Shown in pieces: positions 41,331 through 53,181 of a stretch of DNA of 64,000 nt. This stretch comes from Octopus vulgaris (Eukaryota), in NCBI GenBank assembly GCA_951406725.2, contig OX597816.1, forward strand, positions 100,502,001 to 100,566,000, read 5' to 3'. The translations under genes were made by a program, and so were the position numbers. Each line of letters starts with the position of its first letter. The stretch's first letter is position 1. The notes beneath the pieces are model-generated. The model was not told the DNA's origin, did not search any database, and saw only the letters and a program-made list of their open reading frames with translations.

Positions 41331-41585
41331 AATAATCGATTAAGTAAACAGAAGATGGAATTGGTATAACTCTTTATTTTGTACGACGATCGTTTCGACC
41401 CATCCTGCGACTGCCCTTTATGGGCGGGACGCTGTGCATCATATTATGTTGCATCAGTCTTGCAGTCTGGGGTACATTCATACATTAAGTGTTGTCTCGC
41501 TAAAGATCTTGAGTTTGGGCAGAAACGATTGTCGTACAAAATTAAGTTATACCAATTCCATCTTCTGTTTACTTAATTGATTATT
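41331..41585. repeat. Inverted repeat with ~70-bp arms carrying hammerhead 3' halves
   Basis: AATAATCGATTAAGTAAACAGAAGATGGAATTGGTATAAC..TTTTGTACGACGATCGTTTC / GAAACGATTGTCGTACAAAA..GTTATACCAATTCCATCTTCTGTTTACTTAATTGATTATT. Confidence 0.9.
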
Positions 41586-41598
41586 TTATCTCTCTCTC

Positions 41599-41641
<43 letters not shown>

Positions 41642-41780
41642 GCGCGCATTAACTTCAATCTCATCAATGTCAACCCTGTATTTGTCATCAGATTCACTTC
41701 CATTATCATCGTCAATCTCAGTCACATTTCCATCTATCTCAATTTTGTTGTTCTTTAATCCTTCACTATTTAAACCAGGT

Positions 41781-42104
41781 GAAGGCGCGTGGCTTAGTGG
41801 TTAGGGGCATTCGGCTCATGATCGTAAGGTCGTGAGTTCAATTCCCGGCGGCGCGTTGTGCCCTTGAGCAAGACACTTTATTTCACGTTGCTCCAGTCCA
41901 CTCAGCTGGCAAAAATGAGTAGTATCTGTATTTCAAAGGGCCAGCCTTGTCACACTCTGTGTCACGCTGAATCTCCCCGAGAACTACTTTAAGGGTACAC
42001 GTGTTTGTGGAGTGCTCAGCCACTTGCACGTTAATTCCACGAGCAAGCTGTTCCGTTGATTGTATCAGCTGGGACCCTCGTCGTCACAACCGACGGAGTG
42101 CTCC
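41781..42104 (+). mobile_element. Well-preserved tRNA-derived SINE
   Basis: A-box TGGCTTAGTGG, B-box GAGTTCAATTC, core GTGCCCTTGAGCAAGACACTT; flanked by TATTTAAACCA / TATTTAAGCCA (possible TSD). Confidence 0.88.
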
Positions 42105-42518
42105 TTTATTTAAGCCATATGCGGCTTGTTTAGTATTCTGACTAGATCTGGCCTTTCACAACTAGTCTTCAATGCAATTCTAAAAATAAATAATCACATC
42201 ATCGAAATCTCGAAGCTACAAAATAGTACATGATCAATTCAAAATAATGTGACTAAGTAAGCATTACGTGTGACTGATTAATCTAAAAGGTCAATTTCTT
42301 CATCAACTGATGGATGGAGTGGCACAAAATCTCCTCTCACAATACTACCCCTGTCACAGTTGAGGGCCCTTGTCTTGAAAGATGCTGGTGCCATGTAAAA
42401 CGCCTACAGTACAATCTATAAAGTGACTGGTGTTAGGAAGGGCATCCGGCCGTTGAAACCATGCAAAAGCTGCCATGTTGAATGATGATGATAATGATAT
42501 ATATATAATATATATAAG

Positions 42519-42554
<36 letters not shown>

Positions 42555-43299
42555 ATAAGTAAATGTTTAGATTTGGAAAAAGACAAGTACCTAAATATCT
42601 CCTCATCAGCTGTTGCCTGCGTTCCGCTATTTCGGCTTATTAGCACCAGGATCAATCGCTTCTGCGTGTTAGTATATTTAATGAAATATTCCATCGGCGA
42701 AAGCTTTCATGGTGACAAAATAACAATATAGACAGCAAGGAGGCGTGAGATAAAGTGTTTATTGTAAAACTGGAAAGACAGGTACGAAATATACAAGAAT
42801 ATACGAAAAAAAATATGCACCACAAATATAAGGTATATGGTTGTGGTTATAGGTGTATGTATATAAGCAAACCTATGTGATAAGGAATGTAATTGTTCCC
42901 ACTTATGAACACTGCTGTCCCTCACTTGCGCATTTATATTAAGATATTCGTACGAAAGATATCCGTGATTCAAAATACACGCATCACGTGCACACACAGA
43001 GACAAATGCGTGTGCAACCACACGTGAAAAAGTCTGGTTTAGTGAAAATTAAAGAATAAAATAAGAACAATAAACATTTTCTTAATTTTGTATGAGATCG
43101 AAACGTGTTGATGAGTAAATATTTTCAATATTGGGCTGACTTGTGAAAAGAAGTTTCCACGAATGTCTATTAATTACAATGGATGAAAGAGGTTTTTATT
43201 TATTTATTCATTTATTTATTTATCAATCTTTTTTTTTTTTTTTTCATAAGAATATTATGCTGGGATATACATAACTTGAATTTTTGAGGTCTTTAAATG

Positions 43300-43950
43300 T
43301 CTGAATTTGTTTGTAAACGAAGTTTGCAACCACAAACTCTATCAGGTTGTGAACCCAGCTTTTCCTGCTTTCCCGGCAAGGGTGTGCTCCTTGTATTAAC
43401 CATTAATTCTTTTTTCTGCTTGCTACGTGATTCAATTCCTACAGACGGGAATAGGGAATAAATGTAAATTCGTATGCTTTTCAGCTGATTTGTTGTTATT
43501 TTTCAATTCTTAAAACTGTTATTGATGCATACTATTTCATAGAAATTCAGATTTTGGTAGAGAGAGAGAGAAAGAAAGAGTTTTGACCGGGAGAGCAAAA
43601 TCTGTAACTAGATTCTTGCGCTCAATGTATTTTCACTTCCACGAGCGCGCAAATTAGTCATTTCGGTTGTTTAAGCAATATATTTAGGTAAAGTAAGTCA
43701 GATTTACAATGCTCCCGCTGCTTGTAGCTGTGATATCTTCGACTCTTACGCGTCTTTCTTTCGACAGCACGTTTATCTACATAAAATACTTAATATTTCA
43801 AATACGAAACACAGTATAAGTAGAATGATTGTTATCGAGTTGTTATCCCATTTCCTTTTTCTTCGAAATATGTACGTTTACAGTTATTTCGTGTACGTTT
43901 ATTCGAGTGAGTAGGTTGCTAAATTTTCATGTACTCACCTTTAAAAATGA
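43300..43950. promoter_or_regulatory. Non-repetitive CpG-retaining segment; possible promoter or first exon
   Basis: Many CpGs (GAGCGCGC, TACGCGTC, CCCGGC) compared with the CpG-poor left part of the window; donor-like TAG|GTAAAG and AA|GTAAGT near 43689. Confidence 0.25.
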
Positions 43951-46839
43951 AAAAAAAAAAAATGTATGTTGCTACCATCTACTTTAAGTTAGCAGCATAT
44001 CACTCTGGATAGTCGCTTGTCTTATTAGAAATAATAGTCAGATCACCGTCAAATCACACCCTACCGTCCTAAAGAAGAACTATGGATGATGTAGTTTTGG
44101 ATATGCTAAAAAGACGGGCTGGTGACTGCTAGGATGTTTTCATCATAGGCTTGTTTGAGTACGGTAAACCCCGGGGCTGAACAAAATCTCTCCCGGCCAG
44201 ATACATTCCAACGAGAAAAGTTACTAATCTATAAGTTCTGATGACTTTCACCAAACACACACACACAACTCGAAAGAACGATGCGTATCAGTGTAAGCGG
44301 AGAGAATGTAAATATTCTCTGAGGAAGTAAATAAATCTCACTATGAGTTGTTTGATGTGTCTGTGTGTTTGTGTGTGTTTATAAAATATTTGTTTCTCCC
44401 AACAGTTTCCTTTTCCCTTCGAAATATACGTTCATTCCCATAATATAACTTCCCGTTTGCTTCTTTTTCTTCCTCTTTCTGTTTATTTTTTTTAATTCCT
44501 TCTATTTTCTGTTTTTCTTTTTATTGTATCACCGCTCTTCTATCGTTCGATTTCTTGTCCCATTTTACCCCTGTTTTTCTTTCCACAAACTTCTTTCTGT
44601 TCTCTTTCTTCTCTTCTCCATTCTGTTCACAATTCTGATCATATACTTGTTCCTCTTCACTACAATCCGCGTATTAACTGACATACACTCAGTTTTGCAT
44701 TTCGACGTATATACTCAGGTACAACCGCACGTGCTATCATCCTTCCTCTACGTTTCTTAAACTGGCACACGCGCACTTTATTCATTTATTTATTTCGCCG
44801 TTTTCTCGCGTTGCCTACAAATTGTGTAGTCAGTCACAACTGTATTGACAGTTCATTCATTCCCATACATACATACATAAGTATAACACCGTACATATAT
44901 GTACATACATATTTATACACACATTCTTATGGACAATTATAAACAACAAATGCTCATGTAATATCATCACTCGCATAAGTACCTAATACACGTAAAGTAC
45001 TTACTACACACAATCCAACGTACGGCTTGTATATTTGCCTCTCATTCCGTCATTAACAACACGCCCACTTTCATTCTCTTCAACCAAACACACATGCTTC
45101 CTTTATTTTCGATTTGGATCTGTAGTCTTCACATATTGACTTTCTTCATCTTCCTTTTCCCGTTCGCTCACTTCTAACCTTACTTTCTCTTCCCTTCTTC
45201 CTATCCACTTTACTCACCTAGTATTTTCCATGCTGTTTAGACACAGCTTTTTGTCTTTCGTAACCGGCAACTACCTAGGAGAGATACTTACCTTTACAAC
45301 CATGTAAGTAGATACAACTGTCTGGTTTCGTATTATTCACCCAACCCACTCTTTACTACTAAACTAGTTCTATAAAACAACATAAGAGATTTCGTTACGT
45401 CAGTTTACCGTATCAAACTACAATCCTACAGATATTGTCACTTCCTTAGACATCATCTCTTCTGTTTATTTGAATTTATCAAACGCAGGATTCACTTGTT
45501 GAAGAAAGGGTTAATTCCAAGTTCCTCCACAGATACATTTTGTTCGACATATTTCTGGTTGAGTTGTAACTATATTTGCAACAAACCTGTTATATCATGT
45601 TTACTTTGCATTTTATTTACCCTATTCTTCATTAGACTTCTTTTCCTATGTGATGTTATCAAAGATGTTTTAATTGTTTAGTTGGAAGGTAGATTATTCT
45701 ACCGTAGTTTAACAAATTCTTTGTATATGATTAAAAGGAAATATAAGTTGCAGGAGATCTTTAAATGTTTCTGCCTTCTAAGCTGGTGATGGCTACTCTT
45801 ACTGTTAATGACAGATGTGTACCGGAAAACAGGAGTAATATGAACATGTCATGGTAGTTGATGTGATTGAGGGGAGATGTGACAAGTGAGTGAGCTATGA
45901 CGATGTAAGGGAAGAGATATATGGATGGCGAAATGAGATAATAACACACATGCACGCGCACATGCATATGAGAAAGAAAGAAATGACAACAGAATTGTGC
46001 CATGTCAAAAGGAGTTTAGTTCTCGGAAATCCTTTTGTGCTTTACTTTCACTGCCTTTTATTAATTTATATATATATACACAAACATTGATGGATACAGG
46101 CACATGTATTTCAGGGATGAGTATTACAGATTTATTTGTAAATAAATTACAGACTTGCCTGCATTTGTACCCACAAACATACATTGCAAATTAAGATTAT
46201 TTTGAAAATTATACTAATTGTGTGTGGGGGGGGGTGTGAGTAATATTAAAGCAGTCTTCTTTTCCAATGATATTTTCATTATAACCATCAGTGTTTGCTC
46301 ATATTCTCTCCTCTCTTTCTTTCTCTCTCTATCTTTCTATCTCATACACACATGTATGTATATACACCTAGAGAGAGAAAGTGAGAGAGAGAGAGAAAGA
46401 TACATAAATACTTTGTTCCCACAACAGTTTTTACCCTGAGCTTATGCAGTAGTTCTGCAATGTTTGATAGATGCAGTGTGTTTCAGAATCTGACCGATCA
46501 GTTTATTGGTTCACCTTTCCTCATGTATAATTGATTATTTCACTTCTGAATGTGTACATGGTAGTTGAAGACTGTTTAGTATAACATGATGTTTTTTAAA
46601 GCTTAACACTCAGATTAGGTACTTGACGCTTGCCTTAGTAGTGACATTTATTGTAGTTACATGTATTTCTATCTTGCATATATTCAAAGGAGGGACAGTG
46701 CAATTTTCTTTTTTTCTACATTTTTCTTGAAAAAGTATATAGGAAAAGAGAAGCTTATATTGAATTTTTACATATACTATTCCTGAATATTGTGTTTCGT
46801 TACTTGAAGAAGTTGAACTTTTTTCTCTGTTGACTAAAC

Positions 46840-47330
46840 AGCAGAGTGCAGCCAGAAAGACAGAGAAATACTTGATGCATAAAGATCACTCAATATAATA
46901 TAGAGAGACTGCACTCTCAACATAAGTATTAAACTGAAACTTCCTAAAGTCCTAGTCTGGCCATTAGCACTGTATGAATGTAAAGCATGGGCCCTCAGAG
47001 TGACTAACACTAGAATGAATAAGCATACTTGCAATGACGTGCTGTAAGCAAATACTATGGATCAGTTGGATGGTTCGTTGAATGAATGATTTAATCTTAG
47101 AGAAAATGGGAATGCAGGGACAGTTGGTATCATAGTCAAGTGTCAAAAATTGCAATATTTTGGTCACATAATCAGGCCCATAACTTCTGTGCCTTAGGAG
47201 ATGGGTGGATGAAAACTGGACTTGTAAGAAACTCAAATGAAAAGAGAGCAATGGTATGTACAGCTTCAATGTGATGAAGAGTGGTGGTCCATATCTAAGG
47301 CCCCTAAACCTCGGCCATGAGAAGAGGAAT
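46840..47330 (+). mobile_element. Decayed RTE (BovB-like) C-terminal fragment
   Basis: IKLKLPKVLVWPLALYECKAWAL...ILWISW...KLQYFGHIIR. Confidence 0.75.
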
Positions 47331-47949
47331 ATTCTATACTATATGATGCATATTTCACAGCTTCATTCCCTTTTTAATTTTTTTTTATTTTTTATATATC
47401 ATTATCTTTGATATTCTTATGCTATATTTCATATGCTTACTGTTGATTCTTTCCTATTTTTGTTTTTTCCTGTTAATATTGCTTCTGTATCATCTTCAGA
47501 TGTTGTGATTAGATTATTCTTCTTGCTATGGTTGTATCAAGTGATAGGTTTCATATTTCACCTAAATTACAGACCCACCTCATTGTAACCAGCAATCGAT
47601 AACCTGATTGTTGTTATATTCATTCAAATTATGTAAGATTCTGTCTCCTTGTGTAACACACCATATGCAGAAACATACTGTATGTGTGTGTTAAATCAAC
47701 ACTTTTTTCAAGGTTCTTATTCAAATCTGAAAACAGATGTCTTAAGATGTTACCTATCTACCACCTGCAAAAATAAAAAAAAAAAAAACAAAGACCCAGC
47801 AAAGTTACAACTGAAAGGCTGGCACAAATAAAAAAAGTATTCAAATAATAAATTTCCAAGTTTTCCCTTTTGAAAAAATTTAAGTGCATTTCACTGTCAT
47901 TTTCCTGATGCAACATGCACACATAAATATAACGCATTACAACCGTTGC

Positions 47950-48078
47950 TCCCTCTCTCTTTCCCTCACATTCTCTCCCTCCCTCCCTCTCTGTCTTTCT
48001 GTGTGCCTGTCTCTCATTCTCCCTCTCTCTCCCCCTCTCTCTCCCCCTCTCTCTCCCCCCCTCTCTCCCCCTCTCTCT

Positions 48079-48126
<48 letters not shown>
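47950..48126. repeat. Polypyrimidine (CT)n / (CTCTCTCCCC)n tract
   Basis: Direct reading. Confidence 0.9.
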
Positions 48127-48127
<1 letters not shown>

Positions 48128-48315
48128 TGTCCCTTTTACAGCTAAAGAATTCTACTCTCACAACTGGCTGATTTTGTTAGTCAGTTCTAAATTCAGTTGA
48201 TGCACCAATTTCTTTTCTTCAGTAACTTATAAACATAGTACTAAATACTGCTGTGTTGCCAAATTTTCCACAGAAATGCTTCCATGTGAAACAGACTCTT
48301 CATATAGACACAAAA

Positions 48316-48352
<37 letters not shown>

Positions 48353-48654
48353 TGTGTATATATATAAATACAAATGTATGTATAAATGTGTGTATATATA
48401 TATAAATATCTGTGTATATATATATATATCAATATCTATATATGTATGTGTTTGTATATATATCAATATCTATGTATGTGTTTGTATATATATCAGTATC
48501 TATGTATGTATGTGTATGTATATATATCAATATCTATGTATGTGTATGTATATATATATATATATACATACATACACATATACATACACATATACATATA
48601 TATGTAAATATCTATGTATGTGTGTATGTGTACATATATATATAGATATATATA

Positions 48655-49090
48655 TAACTTAGAATAACTTAGAAAGGTTTTGGCCAGTATTGGCCCAGGC
48701 CATGTCTAACTTAATAGCACCACCTGGCGAAGTCTTTCAGTTCAGGATTTGGGCACCAAGGCCCATTCGAGCAGAGAGTTATTGTTTGCGAAGACATATC
48801 CGGGTGTGGGTGGTTTGTCTGGTACTGTTTGAAGGAATTTGTCCAAAGACTTCTTGAATTTTGTGTGGTCAGTTTCTTTTTTGACGTGTCCTGGTGTAAT
48901 GTTGAAGAGAGCGGGTCCAATTGAGGTGAAATAGTTGTGCCGTATTGTCGTTATGTGATGCGATTTAGATTTTTGTTGTGGACGGATGGCACGTGGTCCA
49001 AGCCTTGGATGTATTTTGAAGGTGATGCCAACATCATTCGGACAGTACTGATGGAATATTTTCCACATCATACAGATAATGTAGCGTTCA
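48655..49090 (-). mobile_element. CR1/L2-like LINE 3' end inserted in a TA microsatellite
   Basis: [10 protein letters not shown]...GPALFNITP...FKKSLDKFLQTVPDKPPTPGY...NNSL; short repeated tail TCTAAGTTATTCTAAGTT. Confidence 0.8.
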
Positions 49091-49140
49091 TGTGTATATG
49101 TGTATATATACACATATACATATATATGTAAATATCTATG

Positions 49141-49190
<50 letters not shown>

Positions 49191-49684
49191 TATATATATA
49201 AACATCTATGTATGTATATATATACACACACATATATATACAAACATCTATGTATGTATATATATATCTATATATATATACACATATATATATAAACATC
49301 TATGTATGTATATATATATAAACATCTATGTATGTATATATATATAAACATCTATGTATATATATATATATATATAAATATCTATGTATATATATATATA
49401 TATATGTATGTATGATTAATACACACATACATCATCATTGTTTTGCATCCACTTTACTTTGCTTGTATGGATCATATGACATTCCTGTTACCAATCCTTA
49501 CATATTTCCAAGTTATGACACCTTGTCCAGACACACTTCTGGGCTGACACTCATTTACAGCTATTCTATGATGTCAGCACAAAGAGACATATCAAAATAT
49601 GAAAAATTAATGGAATTTGCCCATTATATGTGGTACAAGCAGTTTAAGTTGTCTACTAGAAGGAATATAATATACATATAATAC

Positions 49685-49951
49685 ACAGTTCCCAGATCTC
49701 AATATTATTGAACATTTATGGTGCATTTTAGAAAAACAAGTAGGGAGTCGATATCCTCCACCATCATCACTACAAGAACTGGAGACTGTTTTAGCTGATG
49801 AATGGACCAAAATTCCTTTGGAAACAATTCAAACTTTGTACGAGTCCACACCTTGTAGAATTCAAGTTGTAATTACTGCCAAAGGCAGTCCTACCCCATA
49901 TTAAAATAAATTTGTTTGAAATTTAAAGGTGTTTTCATTATTTTGTCCAAC

Positions 49952-49956
<5 letters not shown>
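49685..49956 (+). mobile_element. Right-end fragment of the same Tc1 family as 34609
   Basis: PDLNIIEHLWCILEKQV... and TIR ATTATTTTGTCCAACCCCTA. Confidence 0.92.
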
Positions 49957-49995
<39 letters not shown>

Positions 49996-50024
49996 ATATA
50001 TAGGTATATATATATGTATATATA

Positions 50025-50660
50025 GATAACATTATATGTAATGATGCCAGTGGTACCTGCCCTAGTTATAGAAACATAGACTGGAATAGGATACAAAGAA
50101 ATTGTGACAAAGCAAACAAGGCGAGCACATGGTATAAAACTGACAAATATTAAGGAGTGATGTTTGTAGATGCCAGCCCTTGGATTTAGAAAAGCTCTAA
50201 AGGAAACCAAACTCAACATTAAGATTGTTCAAAAGCCAGGGACCTCCAACAGATCACAACTATGTAGGATGTACCTCTTTAAGAATACCATATGCACCAA
50301 TGATAACTGCATGGTATGTAGGATTAGCCCTGGCATTAACTGTAGAACTAGAAATATAGTTTACAGCATAAGATGCATTGAAGGTGCTTGTAAAGACATG
50401 AAAATGACATACATAGGGTAGACATCTAGGAGCATTGCAGAACGACTATATGAACAGCTGAGACAATATGATGACAAAAAACAGTCCTCCATACTCTACC
50501 AATATGCCAAGGATCAACATGGAGGTAACCTGGGTCAACTTGTTATCCACATCATACCCAAGCACCCAAAGGACCCAACACACAGACAAATATAGGAGTA
50601 TGTCCTCATAAATGAAACTTCCCTAATACTAATTAAGAAGTATATATAGTAGATATCATA
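50025..50660 (+). mobile_element. Penelope-like element GIY-YIG endonuclease fragment
   Basis: KIVQKPGTS...CTNDNCMVC...NCRTRNIVYSIRCIEGAC...TYIG*TSRSIAERLYEQL. Confidence 0.85.
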
Positions 50661-51486
50661 CCCCCATACTCACAGTTTACACAGGTACAGCAGAATAGTT
50701 AGTGGGCTGTTATGTAGATAGATGTATGTGTGTGTGAGGGTGTATGTATATATATGTATATGCTCATGTATGTAAGCATATAGATATGAAAGTAAACAGA
50801 TTAGCATACAGATGGATAGGTATATAGGTTATATGAACAGACAAGCACACATACACAAATGAAGACTGAAACACACAACCATGTATACACACACACTTTA
50901 CTTCACACAGACACATATGGAGACACACTTCCACACATATGGAGATACACATCCATACATACAAACACGGTACATAGTTGCAAAACACACACACACACAC
51001 TCAGACATGCACACAAAAGGAGACAGAGGTACACACACAAAAAAAATGCACAAACACAGACACGCAAACACATCTGCAGAATACATACAAATGCACACAC
51101 ATACATATGTATGTATATATATATGCACACACATATACATGCATACATACATGCATGTGTATGCACACACACTAACCCACTCACAAACAAACAGAACACA
51201 ATGTGAATAACAAAGTCAAAACTATTAAAAAAGTTGCAAGACGCAACGAAAATTTTAGAAAAATATAAAAAAAATAAGGGGAACTTTTACCAGACAGTGT
51301 GTTAAATTATAAGGCACTAAATGAGAATGATTCTCCCCAGGCACAACAGAATATGCTTCAACACACGAACTCACATAAAGAATCTAGCAAAGCAAATCTA
51401 AAAACAAAATGTATATGTATATTTTATAGAATATATTCTACACAATGCTTCATAGTAATTATTCCATTATATATATATATATGTAT

Positions 51487-51559
51487 ACATCATCATCATC
51501 GTTTAACGTCTGCCTTCCATAGGTTGGACGATTTTGAATGATGTGCATGTATATATAGA

Positions 51560-51592
<33 letters not shown>

Positions 51593-51748
51593 TATATATA
51601 TTGTATAAAAGAAGGGAGGGCATTAAGCTGTAGAAACACTGCCAGATCAGACTGGAGCCTGGTGCAGCTTCGTGGCTTCCCAGACCCCGGTCAAACTGTT
51701 CAATCCGTGCTAGCACGGAAACCGGATGTTAAACGATGATGATGATGT
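51487..51748. mobile_element. Two RTE 3'-tail fragments in opposite orientation around a TA tract
   Basis: CATCATCATCATCGTTTAACGTC at 51488 and GGATGTTAAACGATGATGATGATG at 51724. Confidence 0.75.
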
Positions 51749-51795
51749 ATGTATATATATATATACATATACATGCATGTATATATATATATATA

Positions 51796-51829
<34 letters not shown>

Positions 51830-51857
51830 ATGCATATATATATATATGTATATACAT

Positions 51858-52200
51858 CTCTTTTACTTGTTTCTGGCATTTGACTGTGGCCATGCTGGGG
51901 CACTGCGTTTTGTCAGGGACTTACTCTATGTAAGTTTAGTACTTATTCAATCGGGTTCTTTTGTCGAACCACTAAGTTATGGGGATGTAAATACACCACC
52001 ATCGGTTGTCAAGCAATGTTGGGGGACAACCACAAACACACAAGCATATACACACACACATATATATACATATATACAACTGGCTTCTTTCAGTTTCCGT
52101 CTACCACATCCACTTACAAGGCTTTGGTAGACCTAAGGCTATAGTAGTAGACACTTGCCCAAGGTCCCACGCAGTGGGACTGAACCTGAAACCATTTGGT
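51858..52200 (-). mobile_element. tRNA-SINE (abundant family, CR1-like tail)
   Basis: TTTTACTTGTTTC..TGACTGTGGCCATGCTGG ... TTTCAGTTTCCGTCTACC ... GTGGGACTGAACC. Confidence 0.85.
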
Positions 52201-52456
52201 TCGTAATACACACACACACACACACATATATACATTTATATGTATGTATGTATGTATGTATATACATATATATATGTGTGTGTATACATGTATATATATA
52301 TGTATATATATATATACATATATATATAAGTATATATATATAAATAGGTATATATATATGTATTTATATATATATATAGGTATATATATATGTATTTATA
52401 TATATATATATAGGTATATATATATGTATATATATATATATATGTATATATATATA

Positions 52457-52809
52457 GGTAAGGGGGTAAGGGTAAAGACCCCCTTCGGTCATGAATGACC
52501 ATGGGATTGCACCTAGAAAGTTACCCTCCTAGACACAAGTCCGGGCAAGGTTGTTTTTTTATGGAAGGCCAGCAGTCGCCCATGCACACCAGCCTCCCTC
52601 TCCACGCCACCAGTGTTATCCAAGGGAAAGACAAAGGTCGATACAGCTTGGCACCAGTGACGTCGCAACTCATTTCTACAGCTGAGTGAACTGGAGCAAC
52701 GTGAAATAAAGTGCCTTGCTCAAGAACACAACACGCAGCCCGGTCCGGGATTCGAGCTCACAACCTCACGATCGTAAGCTTGACGCTCTAACCACTGAGC
52801 CATGCACCT
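52457..52809 (-). mobile_element. tRNA-SINE with the same head/core as 41781 but a different tail
   Basis: Reverse-complement A-box TGGCTCAGTGG, B-box GAGCTCGAATCC, core TTGAGCAAGGCACTTTATTTCACGTTGCTCCAGTTCACTCAGCTG. Confidence 0.88.

Positions 52810-53181
<372 letters not shown>

Noticed and set aside
41781-41855. tRNA gene
   Set aside because: A and B boxes are present, but the sequence continues into a SINE core and tail, and related copies are dispersed in the window
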